Below are positions 31,901-43,151 of a DNA stretch of 64,000 bases, piece by piece. The stretch covers positions 25,916,001-25,980,000 of the forward strand of contig CATNEN010000001.1 in NCBI GenBank assembly GCA_950097015.1, read 5' to 3'. This stretch comes from Macrostomum hystrix (taxonomy: Eukaryota; Animalia; Platyhelminthes). A program made the translations under genes and the position numbers. How positions within the stretch are numbered: position 1 is the stretch's first letter; the number at the start of each line of letters is the position of its first letter. Below the pieces are notes generated by a model. The model searched no databases, had not been told where the DNA came from, and saw nothing but the letters and a program-made list of their open reading frames with translations.

Positions 31901-32599
31901 ATGCTTCTTATGAGCGCCGTTTCTGCCGTGATCGCCCTTGCCTTCGGCGTGGCTGCCTCAGAATTTTCGTTCTCCTACATCGGCTGCTACAAAGATGCGA
32001 GTGCCCAGGACATAAGCGGACTGGTTGGCATCATCAGGATCGGTGGTTTCAGTGTGACAACCAATCGGATCGTCACCACTCTGAATTCGCGCGAGCTCTG
32101 TGGCGGTGTCTGCTCGCTAGGCGGCTTCCCGTACTTCGGCCTGCAGGACGGCGTGAATTGCCTCTGCGGAAAGTATTACGGCTCGTTCGGGATAGCCAAC
32201 GAGAGCGACTGCAGTGCGGCTTGTCCGGGAAACTTGCTGCAGAAATGCGGCGCGGGCAGTCGGAACTCGGTGTTCGCCCTGACCTATCCCAGTGAGTCGC
32301 CAGCTGTTTTTACATCGAGTGTCGATGCCCTAAATTTACTATCTTTTTGTTTTTTTCTAGAGAAGTACCTTTTCAAGCTGTCAAGAACACCCAGTGAGAC
32401 TGTGCAGGCTTCCCAGCAGACATTCTGGACGATTTCAGCCATTGTGAAGCTCGAGTGCCTGGTTCAGTGTCAGTTCAAGGCTGCGGACTGTCAGGCCGTG
32501 ATCTTCTCAGGCCAGCAGCAGCTGTGCCACCTGCTCAGGTTCGCCTACCCACCTGCCAACCTGAGCAGCTCAGCTGGAGACTACTACCAGCGTGGCTGA
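31901..32599 (+). CDS. Secreted WSC + PAN/Apple-like protein, paralogue 6 (most divergent); exons 31901-32291, 32361-32599
   Basis: Signal peptide and WSC cysteines; 69-bp GT-AG intron at the conserved position. Confidence 0.85.
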   Translation: MLLMSAVSAVIALAFGVAASEFSFSYIGCYKDASAQDISGLVGIIRIGGFSVTTNRIVTTLNSRELCGGVCSLGGFPYFGLQDGVNCLCGKYYGSFGIANESDCSAACPGNLLQKCGAGSRNSVFALTYPSESPAVFTSSVDALNLLSFCFFLEKYLFKLSRTPSETVQASQQTFWTISAIVKLECLVQCQFKAADCQAVIFSGQQQLCHLLRFAYPPANLSSSAGDYYQRG

Positions 32600-33045
32600 G
32601 CCGATGCTGATACACGTATCTCCTGGATAACTTTGGTGACGCAAGTCGAGCAATTTGTTTGGAAGGGGGCCTGTTGGCTTCTCAGATTATGTTGACATTC
32701 TTCACTCCAAAGTTACATGGCAGGTGTGGAAAGTGCTTTCTATCGTCTTGACGATAATGAGCATCTAACGCATTCACAATGCCTGACAATGCCAGCCAAC
32801 TCAAAAGTACTTTTGTCTTTTGTTTCATCGTTAAACAGGCACTCAAGACAAGTCCTAAAGTTTCGTCTGCACGAAAGACTTAGTTGAAAGACTTTTGAGA
32901 CTAACCTGTTAGAATGGCTGCGAGAACTTGGCATAAAACAAAGGACATATTACTTCACCCTGGTTGTAAAGACGAAGGCCGTGCTGCGCTGAGCACTTAC
33001 GATTGTACTTAAGAGATTTTGTCTCGAAGATGCATCGCGAGATTT

Positions 33046-34226
33046 AACACATTCGATACTTGACACATTCGATACTTGACACATTCGATACTTGACATAG
33101 TACGATACTTGACACAGTACGATACTTGACACAGTACGATACTTGACACAGTACGATACTTGACACAGTACGATACTTGACACATTAGATACTTGACACA
33201 GTACGATACTTGACACATTACGATACTTGACACAGTACGATACTTGACACATTACGATACTTGACACAGTACGATACTTGACACAGTACGATACTTGACA
33301 CAGTACGATACTTGACACAGTACGATACTTGACATAGTACGATACTTGACACAGTACGATACTTGACACAGTACGATACTTGACACAGTACGATACTTGA
33401 CACAGTACGATACTTGACACATTCGATACTTGACACATTCGATACTTGACACAGTACGATACTTGACACAGTACGATACTTGACACAGTACGATACTTGA
33501 CACAGTACGATACTTGACACAGTACGATACTTGACACATTCGATACTTGACACATTCGATACTTGACACAGTACGATACTTGACACAGTACGATACTTGA
33601 CACAGTACGATACTTGACACATTACGATACTTGACACAGTACGATACTTGACACAGTACGATACTTGACACAGTACGATACTTGACACATTACGATACTT
33701 GACACAGTACGATACTTGACACAGTACGATACTTGACACATTAGATACTTGACACAGTACGATACTTGACACATTACGATACTTGACACAGTACGATACT
33801 TGACACATTACGATACTTGACACAGTACGATACTTGACACAGTACGATACTTGACACAGTACGATACTTGACACAGTACGATACTTGACATAGTACGATA
33901 CTTGACACAGTACGATACTTGACACAGTACGATACTTGACACAGTACGATACTTGACATAGTACGATACTTGACACATTACGATACTTGACATAGTACGA
34001 TACTTGACACAGTACGATACTTGACACAGTACGATACTTGACACATTACGATACTTGACATAGTACGATACTTGACACAGTACGATACTTGACACATTAC
34101 GATACTTGACATAGTACGATACTTGACACAGTACGATACTTGACACAGTACGATACTTGACACATTCGATACTTGACACAGTACGATACTTGACACAGTA
34201 CGATACTTGACACATTACGATACTTG
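33046..34226. repeat. 17-bp minisatellite (ACGATACTTGACACAGT)
   Basis: About 69 tandem units. Confidence 0.95.
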
Positions 34227-34659
34227 AGTCATCACGTCATACGCTTGACAGTTGACACTATAGATTCCAAGAAAGCAAATAGGCCGTAACACAGATAAAA
34301 TATATAGTTTCTAAAAAAATAATGGGACCATGACGAAAAGGTCATTGTTAACTATCCTACAAACACTGGCTGTTATCATCTGGTCTCGGAAGACATCACA
34401 ATGCAATTAAAATATAAAGCTTCAACAAGCTATAGTTAAATTTCTGTCTAATGTTCATGAATTGAAAATATATACGGAGGATTAAGCTTCAGGTGCTACT
34501 TAGAGTAGAATGCTTATGAAGTTAATTCTTCGAATTTCGTTAAGCTCTACATGAAAGTGCACTTAACAGATGTTGCATAGATAATAGGCCTTCAAAAAAC
34601 TGTCTGCCTTCTGCTGCCGGTGCCGCTAACTGAAACTAAAAGCAATTCAAGCCCTTGAA

Positions 34660-34865
34660 CTTTAGAGCGTCGGACTCACAACTTGAAGGTTCGAGGTTCG
34701 ATTCCCGACTCCACTAGAACAATTTGTGCCCTTTAGCAAGACACAAATCTGCATTGCATCAGTTCACCCAGCTGTTAAATGGGTACCAGCATTAGCTGGA
34801 GTAATTGAGGGTGGGTATGGCGTCCCCCCAGTCCATGGACTGAGCAGCCATACGCAGCCTTCAGA
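34660..34865 (+). mobile_element. tRNA-derived SINE with CORE-like domain
   Basis: B-box GGTTCGATTCC, then TGTGCCCTTTAGCAAGACAC...CAGTTCACCCAGCTGTTAAATGGGTACC. Confidence 0.6.
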
Positions 34866-35351
34866 TGCTGTCGTCGGCTGAACATGTGACACATCATTGA
34901 ACAAAAATTTAATAAAATACCCTGTCGAACTATATTGTACATGAAACAAACAAACAAACAACCAAACAAACAAACAAACAAACAAACAAACAAGCAATCA
35001 GAATCTTAGTCAGGAAAATTGAGCCAATTTCGTGGCTACTGGAAGCAACTCGAAAAGTCATGTACACTTTTTTTGCAACCTGGCGTTCCTTCACATGTGG
35101 CAGCGTGTGCGCACAGGAAAGAACACGTTTGGGGTGGGTGCAGTCCCCACTTACCTGTGCGTGCACGGTGCCTGCAATGCAGTGTTGTTGTGACTAAATA
35201 ATGTTAGCAATAATTTCTATGCGCATTTTCAAGAACATGTTGGCTTCGTTCGTACAGTAGAACAGTAGAACAGGAAAAGCATGTAAAGCTATTTTTTGTG
35301 CCGCGCAGTTTTTACAGCATGTGATGATTGAGAAACCCCGTCATGCTATTG

Positions 35352-37426
35352 TTAGAGTCTTGTAAATAGTACGACAACAATCATGATAAGGATTAGAATA
35401 GCGACCGCTGCAATTGCAACTATTATGATCTTTTTCTTGCGGCTCTTCCGCCTGTTCACGACTCCGTCGGCGAGCTGATCTCGGCCCGTCTCAGCGTCTT
35501 CCACAGCCTCGTCGACGTGGTCCTCGATCAGGTTGATCTCCTCGCCCTGCTCAAGGACGAGCTTGTTCAGCTCAGTGAATAGCTCCTCGAGATCTGAAAG
35601 CGGTCAATGGAGACGTCTGAATGGACAATCTGAGGTCTGAATGGACAATCTGAGGTCTGAATGGACAATCTGAGGTCTGATCGAATGGACAATCTGAGGT
35701 CGGAATGGACAATATGAGGTCCGAATGGACAATCTGAGGTCGGAATGGACAATCTGAGGTCTGATCGAATGGACAATCTGAGGTCGGAATGGACAATATG
35801 AGGTCGGAATGGACAATCTGAGGTCGGAATGGACAATCTGAGGTCTGATCGAATGGACAATCTGACGTCGGAATGGACAATCTGAGGTCGGAATGGACAA
35901 TCTGAGGTCTGATCGAATGGACAATCTGAGGTCGGAATGGACAATATGAGGTCTGAATGGACAATCTGAGGTCGGAATGGACAATCTGAGGTCTGATCGA
36001 ATGGACAATCTGACGTCGGAATGGACAATCTGAGGTCGGAATGGACAATCTGAGGTCTGATCGAATGGACAATCTGAGGTCTGAATGGACAACCTGAGGT
36101 CGGAATGGACAATCTGACGTCGGAATGGACAATCTGAGGTCGGAATGGACAATCTGAGGTCTGATCGAATGGACAATCTGAGGTCGGAATGGACAATATG
36201 AGGTCGGAATGGACAATCTGAGGTCGGAATGGACAATCTGAGGTCTGATCGAATGGACAATCTGAGGTCGGAATGGACAATCTGAGGTCGGAATGGACAA
36301 TCTGAGGTCTGATCGAATGGACAATCTGACGTCGGAATGGACAATCTGAGGTCGGAATGGACAATCTGAGGTCTGATCGAATGGACAATCTGAGGTCGGA
36401 ATGGACAATATGAGGTCTGAATGGACAATCTAAGGTCGGAATGGACAATCTGAGGTCTGATCGAATGGACAATCTGACGTCGGAATGGACAATCTGAGGT
36501 CGGAATGGACAATCTGAGGTCTGATCGAATGGACAATCTGAGGTCTGAATGGACAACCTGAGGTCGGAATGGACAATCTGACGTCGGAATGGACAATCTG
36601 AGGTCGGAATGGACAATCTGAGGTCTGATCGAATGGACAATCTGAGGTCGGAATGGACAATATGAGGTCGGAATGGACAATCTGAGTTCGGAATGGACAA
36701 TCTGAGGTCTGATCGAATGGACAATCTGACGTCGGAATGGACAATCTGAGGTCGGAATGGACAATCTGAGGTCTGATCGAATGGACAATCTGAGGTCGGA
36801 ATGGACAATCTGAGGTCGGAATGGACAATCTGAGGTCTGAATGGACAATATAAAGATCGAATGGACAATCTGAAGTCGGAATGGACAATCTGAGATCGGA
36901 ATGGACAATCTGAGATCGGAATGGACAATCTGAGATCGGAATGGACAACCTGAGACCAGAGCTTGAGAACAATTGGGATGGACCCAATGCAGCTCGCACC
37001 GATCATGTCCTTGGCCAGCTGGTCCAATTTAACTTCTCTCTCCAGGGCTAGTTTCAGCTGTGCCTCCTCGGCCTTCTTGAACGTCTGCAGGACTACATGC
37101 TCCTTGAACGGATTGTCGTCCTCCAGCCCCATGGAGGCGCCCTCCGCTTCCGCAGCTGCTGCGGCAGTTTTCCTCTGTGCTTCATCCTTTAGTAAATCGT
37201 TCAGCAGTTTGAGTCGCTGGTGCAGCGGTTCAGCTTTGGCTCTGAGCAGTTTCCCGTCGTCGGACTTCTTGACCAGCTTCTTCAGGGAGGCGCTAACCTC
37301 TCGAATTCGTTTGTCAGCGGTGGCGCAGTCACCCGACCTGGCCGAGTCCTCCGCGCTGGACAGCAGCTGGTCGAGTCTCTGAAGCTCCGCCTCAACATTG
37401 GCAGACGCTGCTGAGTCACCGGGCAT
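35352..37426 (-). CDS. Syntaxin (Qa-SNARE, Stx7/12-like), 222 aa; exons 37426-37000, 35593-35352
   Basis: The spliced product gives ERE..LDQLAKDMI|DLEELFTELNKLVLEQGEEINLIEDHV (SNARE motif, Q layer), a basic stretch RRKSRKKK and a C-terminal TM helix. Confidence 0.88.
35615..36955. repeat. Intronic 20/24-bp minisatellite (GAATGGACAATCTGAGGTCG with a TGAT-insertion variant)
   Basis: Tandem array inside the syntaxin intron. Confidence 0.95.
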
Positions 37427-37991
37427 GGCTGAGCAGCGCGACGTTGCTGCAATCTCAAGCTTTGAAAAACCAAGCAGCGCAGTTTGTCGAGGTATATATG
37501 CATCCGAGTACTTCGTGAGTACGCTGAAAGTTAGAGCAGGATTGGACCTGTACGCTGACTAAGCGATCGTACAAGGCCTAGCTAGGCACAATGGACCATT
37601 TATAGATATTGCACGCCGGAGTGCATGCTCGGAAAAGCTGCCAAGAACTGCTCGCGTGTTTCTCTCTCTCGCTGTCTGTCTCTCTCCTTTCTTGCCCAGC
37701 CCCAGCCACTAAAAAGGAACTTCGTACATTTTAAATATGGCTGCTTTAATAGAGCAACTGGTTCAGTTTAGAAAAATATTCTTTAAGCCTGACTTGTTTC
37801 GAGCCATTGTATATGACAACAGATGAGGCAATACTGAGATTGCTATTCATTTTGCTCATTGTACACGTAGAGAGTCTTTTGGCAATCTTTGCTAGTCTTT
37901 GGTAGAGATTTGCTTCAGGCAATGGCAAATCATTTGGCAGCAGTAGACCCGCAGTCAGCGAGGAGACTATCCTACCTATTTTGCTGGCTTT

Positions 37992-38631
37992 CCAGACCTC
38001 AGATTGTCCATTCCGACCTCAGATTGTCCGTTCCGACCTCAGATTGTCCATTCCGACCTCAGATTGTCCATTCCGACCTCAGATTGTCCGTTCCGACCTC
38101 AGGTTGTCCATTCCGACCTCAGGTTGTCCATTCCGACCTCAGATTGTCCATTCCGACCTCAGATTGTCCATTCCAACCTCAGATTGTCCATTCCGACCTC
38201 AGATTGTCCATTCCGACCTCAGGTTGTCCATTCCGACCTCAGATTGTCCATTCCGACCTCAGGTTGTCCATTCCGACCTCAGATTGTCCGTTCCGACCTC
38301 AGGTTGTCCATTCCGACCTCAGATTGTCCGTTCCGACCTCATGTTGTCCATTCCGACCTCAGATTGTCCATTCCGACCTCAGATTGTCCATTCCGACCTC
38401 AGATTGTCCATTCCGACCTCAGATTGTCCATTCCGACCTCAGATTGTCCATTCCGACCTCAGATTGTCCATTCCGACCTCAGATTGTCCATTCCGACCTC
38501 AGATTGTCCATTCCGACCTCAGATTGTCCATTCCGACCTCAGATTGTCCATTCCGACCTCAGATTGTCCATTCCGACGTCTCCATTGACCGCTTTCAGAT
38601 CTCGAGGAGCTATTCACTGAGCTGAACAAGC
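37992..38631 (+). repeat. Inverted copy of the syntaxin intron satellite, plus the splice acceptor and first 33 nt of exon 2
   Basis: 38576-38631 is the reverse complement of 35561-35616; the array has the same 20-mer in the opposite orientation. Confidence 0.93.
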
Positions 38632-38635
38632 ACAC

Positions 38636-38880
38636 ACGCACACACACAGATATAGAATGAAGGCACACACTCACACAGGTGTGTACATCTGCGCCGTCTC
38701 ACCATCAGGCAGTGTTCACTCTCATTGTGTCTTGGAGGTCGCCACTAAAAGCTTAAATTGCACGACAAGCCCTCAAGCCTTCTCTCCGCGGCTGGGCCCC
38801 AAATAAATGTGGCCTCACCGCGGAATCGAGCTCAGGAACCTTGTTGCGGCAGGCAAACGCGTTAAAAAGTGCTCTGCCAC
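38636..38880 (-). mobile_element. tRNA-derived SINE, family S
   Basis: Minus strand starts GTGGCAGAGC..(A box)..GAGCTCGATTCCGC (B box) and has a 3' hairpin; homologous to other copies in the window. Confidence 0.75.
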
Positions 38881-40765
38881 ATATTTAGAAAGCAGATAAA
38901 AGCCATACAGATGCATACAAGCATTGGTTGAGCGGCTTGTACTACAGTGCAAAAAACGTACTGTCACGTACTGTCAAACGCGGAAAAGCTTATACTCGTA
39001 TTTCAGAGAGTACTAAAAGACAAGTACTAATCTCCGATTGCCATATCTAGAGCGTTCAGAGATAGTATATATAGTAACATTCGATATCATTCGTATTACT
39101 ACTTTCCTAAGTAGTACACGCCGGCTATGACAACTGAGTGACCAGAAAATTGCACAAGCGCACAGACGCAGGCGCCTCAGTTTCAAGAGTTTAGCAGCGC
39201 GATATTCAAGCGCGTTGGGAGAGGACAACTAGCAGCCGCGGCAGCTGCCACTTACGGCCGATTAACTGAAGCTGGCGGGCTGCCTGTGAGGCGCACAGGA
39301 GACAGTGCATTGCAGGGTCCGTCCCCCCCCGGGGGTCGTGGCATTGTGCCTCTCCGCGGGACCTCCTCAGTCGACAAGGAATTCCGGCCACCAAATATTG
39401 ACACTGCTCTGATGACATTCTCGGAGAGAGCCCGCCCCAGGTGCACGGGAGAGCAGCCCAGTGCCGGACAATCCCCGCATGCATAATTCAGCTCATTTCT
39501 TCTCCTCTCCTCCCTACTCCCAATGTCTCCTGGTCTTCTGCCTTCTTCTAGAAGCGCTCTCTTGTACTCCCCGCTGCTAGGTGTGCTGCCTTTCTTGGAC
39601 GCCATGGCAACTGGGTCGCTGCAGCTTCTCCCTCCTCCAGCAGCTTTCTTTGTGTCTCATTTACTTTCCTTTGAGCCTTAGTGGTTTCCCAATTCACTGC
39701 AGAGCATCGGCTGGGGCAGTGGAGGTGGCGGGACACTGCCAGACCACAGAGGTGTGTAGGTGGACAGACTCGCAAGCTCAATCGGCCGCACTACTAAAGT
39801 CCAGAAATTTTTTCACTGTTGTTGGCCGGCGTCAGGAGGCTTATGGACGCTTGAAGCGTTCATCGAGTCCAGATTCATGGCCCGTGTTTTTTCGCTTCAA
39901 AGTTTTCCATCGACCATCGACGTGGACAATTTTTTTATTGAGTCAAAGTGCCTCTTTGGCTGTCTGGAGGACTTTGCGAATCCCCACTCTCGTAATCCCC
40001 GTCTCTCTGTGTTTCTGGATGCATGTACAGGGCTAAATAAAAAAATCTAACTGCCTCGCCACTTTCAATCGACAATCAGGAAGCTCAGACTAAAAAAAGC
40101 TGAGAGTAGAAGCATTTTTTTCTCCCCACACGCTGTTCTAAGAACCCAGCACCAACGCGCACTTGAAAGTCCCACTAATTGGGTGGAACTAACAGCCTGT
40201 GGTGTCCTTTTAGAAAGGGAAACTGATGGTTTGGTCTGGCATTTAGAATATTTAGCTGCAAAAATTCCCGCTGGTGTTACGCTTGTACCCTCGTATATTT
40301 GCCTAACTTCACACAAGCTTGGCTTGTTGCTAACACTGACAAATCTAAGTCAGCCATTGGCCGCAATTTCACTTCTCTGCAATAGCCCGCACACAGATCT
40401 GCTCACGCACAGGTAGGCTTACCTCAAAATGAGCGCACAACCTCGCCTGCGAAGCACAATTTCTGTGCCAAAAGGCATACGGCAGGCAGCACCTAATCTA
40501 GCAATTTTCTTCACCTGCATTGCCATACCTCTCTCTCTACCTTTCCAGTCTGATGCACAGCCCCACCCGCTAAGTAACCAGCTTGAGTTGGCTCAGAGAA
40601 AGAAGGCTGTGAGAAGAATGAAATGGGGACCGCGGGCGCTCGCACAGTATAGACGAAGAGCAGAAAAAGAGCAGCCACTGAAATCCTAGGCTGCTGACAG
40701 CCACAGCGCAAATCTGTCTCCATCTAAACAGGCAGTGCGTGGCGTGTGCCGTTGTCAAAGCAGAA

Positions 40766-42082
40766 ATGGACACCCGTTTGAAACCTCGCGCTCCTAACGA
40801 CCTGTCATCCAGGTTTGTCGACGAGCGCATCAACGCTCTGACGCGAGTGCCAGATTCTTGGGAGTGCCGGCTGGACAACTACTATCAGCTGGACCTGCGA
40901 ATGTGCTTCATCACCTACTTCCGGTGGAGCTTCCGCTGGGGAGACGACGCTAAGCCGACTCTGGCCTCCCTGCCGATCATCGAGCAACCGTCGCGCGTAC
41001 TGCTCATCGACGTGTCGCTGAATGACATAAGCTCTTTAGACGATGACACGCTAAGTCCGTTTCGGCAGCTGCGGGCATTGAATGCTTCGCTGAATCGAAT
41101 TACAGAGCTGCACGGTCTGCAAGTCCTTCCAACTTTGCGTTTTCTCGACCTCGGCTTCAATCAGATCTCCGGGCTGCAAGACCTGGCCTACTGTCGTAAG
41201 CTGGTGGAGCTACGGCTGAACCACAATGCCTTGAAAACGCTGGCAACACTGCCACCGCTGCCGAATTTAGAGCAGCTGCACGTTGATGGCAACGAAATCG
41301 CGTCGCTTGAGGGGCTGCAGGCGCTGCCGAAGCTGCGCGAGCTCTCAGCACGAAAAAACCGCATCGCAAACATCACCGCGCTAACCACCTGCAAGGCCAT
41401 TTACTCACTGGACCTCAGCCACAATGCGATTCACGATCTGGACTTCACAGTCAAGATTCTTACAGCTTTACCACTGCTGACTGTCCTAACAGCCAAGAAT
41501 AACCCGATGAGCCACCACCCGGGGTACCAAGAGGCGGTAAAGAGCATGCTCAGCCACCTGGAGAGCCTGGATGGCGTCAACTTGGTGCAGCGAGACGGCA
41601 AGCTCTACGAAGACGATCCGTACGAGCTGAATCCCAACAGCGAGATCGCCAAGTTCAAGCGGCTCACCCGGGAGGCCTATCTGGACCGCATGCGGCAGGC
41701 GAAGCTCACGATGGAGGAAAGCGTGGCCGTTCTGCAGCAGCGCATCCTGGGCCTGATGGAGAACCAGCGGGAGCTGGAGAAGACTCTCGGCAGGGAGCTG
41801 CAGAACACCCTGTCCCAGCTGGACAGCATGGACCGGCTGAGCTCGCACAATCCGGTGACGCTGCCGCCTCGCGAGGACCTGTCCGGCCAGGGCCTGAGCA
41901 TGTTCGGCGGGACTGGCGACTTGCGCTACGGTGACTCCGACCTGCCCGAAGATAGGCGCAATCCCTACACGCGAGCTTGGCGCGGCTCCGACGTCAAGGA
42001 AACCGACCAGGTGCTGCGGATGGCTGCCCTGCGGCTGGGCACCTACAAGAGGGGAGGCGACGGAGCAGAGGGAACGGCCTAG
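40766..42082 (+). CDS. Intronless SDS22-class leucine-rich-repeat protein with C-terminal coiled coil, 438 aa
   Basis: Tandem LxxLxLxxNxI repeats, an LRR-cap-like NPM...Y......L..LESLDG, and a helical tail; first ATG at 40766. Confidence 0.85.
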   Translation: MDTRLKPRAPNDLSSRFVDERINALTRVPDSWECRLDNYYQLDLRMCFITYFRWSFRWGDDAKPTLASLPIIEQPSRVLLIDVSLNDISSLDDDTLSPFRQLRALNASLNRITELHGLQVLPTLRFLDLGFNQISGLQDLAYCRKLVELRLNHNALKTLATLPPLPNLEQLHVDGNEIASLEGLQALPKLRELSARKNRIANITALTTCKAIYSLDLSHNAIHDLDFTVKILTALPLLTVLTAKNNPMSHHPGYQEAVKSMLSHLESLDGVNLVQRDGKLYEDDPYELNPNSEIAKFKRLTREAYLDRMRQAKLTMEESVAVLQQRILGLMENQRELEKTLGRELQNTLSQLDSMDRLSSHNPVTLPPREDLSGQGLSMFGGTGDLRYGDSDLPEDRRNPYTRAWRGSDVKETDQVLRMAALRLGTYKRGGDGAEGTA

Positions 42083-43151
42083 ACTGGCTCACGCATCAAC
42101 AATAGGGGAATGACTGACTGAATGAAGCAATGCAGGTGGAACAGACGGGACAGTGAATGGCATCGATCAGCAGTTGGCATGTCGGGTGTTGCTGTAAATA
42201 TAAGCTTTTCTCACAAAACAGAATATTCTTTTAGCAATTCGCGTTGTGTACTCTGTGCTGTATTAGTTTTATTGAGAATAAAATAAGCTCTGCATCTGCA
42301 AGCTAACAAATCAAATAAAATACTCGTACGAAACCGCAAACGCAGAGAGACGGAAAAAGTTTGAGAAAAAAAACTGCGTTAAGTACTCGTAGAAGGAAAA
42401 CAATCAACAGTATTTGCATAGGCTCCTGTACTGGTACTCAACACCCTTGCGTACTCGCTTAGACAACTAGCTTTCCTATCAATGAAGGAGAGCGATGAAG
42501 ATGAAAGAACAGATTCCCATGCCATATTTCTGTTAGTTCCTCAGCATTTTGTTGATATCAATACATTTAGCTCGTGCATGAAAATCTAACTGAAGATATG
42601 AACCAGAATAAGTTGAGAAGATCATCACAGGCCAACTAACAATGGCAATAGGTTGAAAAGTAAGCTGAATGAACTTTTAAAGCGATTATCAGCAGCAAAT
42701 GTCGCAGTTGGGATTGTAAAATAAAATTCACAATGAGCGTTTCGAATAAATTTAGTGTGCAGCGCCGTAGCATTGCTCAACACATCGCCATGATTCGGAC
42801 CGGTAAGTCTCTCTACAGATTGCATTAAAGAAGAAATTTACTGTTCGTCAAACCAAATTAGGACGCAAATGTTAACTACTGCGAGTATTGTACGATAATG
42901 AATCGTTAGAGACAGCGAAAACTAAAGAGGGAGTGCGTCTTCACAGACAAACTGGACACTCGGACAGAAGACAGACGACTGTCACTCAGTTGCGCAGCGA
43001 TCGGGAATGAAAGTGCATTGCTGAGAGCACAGGAGAAGGAGAATCGGCGCTTCGCTTCTCGATTTTGTGAGGCTAGAAGAACTGGTGGGAAGATAAGAAA
43101 CATATTTCTGCCTCAAATCAATCAATCAATCAATTCAATTATCGATTCAGG

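Noticed and set aside
35567-37426. 619-aa ORF as a repeat protein
   Set aside because: It reads through the syntaxin donor at 36999 into the intronic satellite; splicing gives a normal syntaxin.
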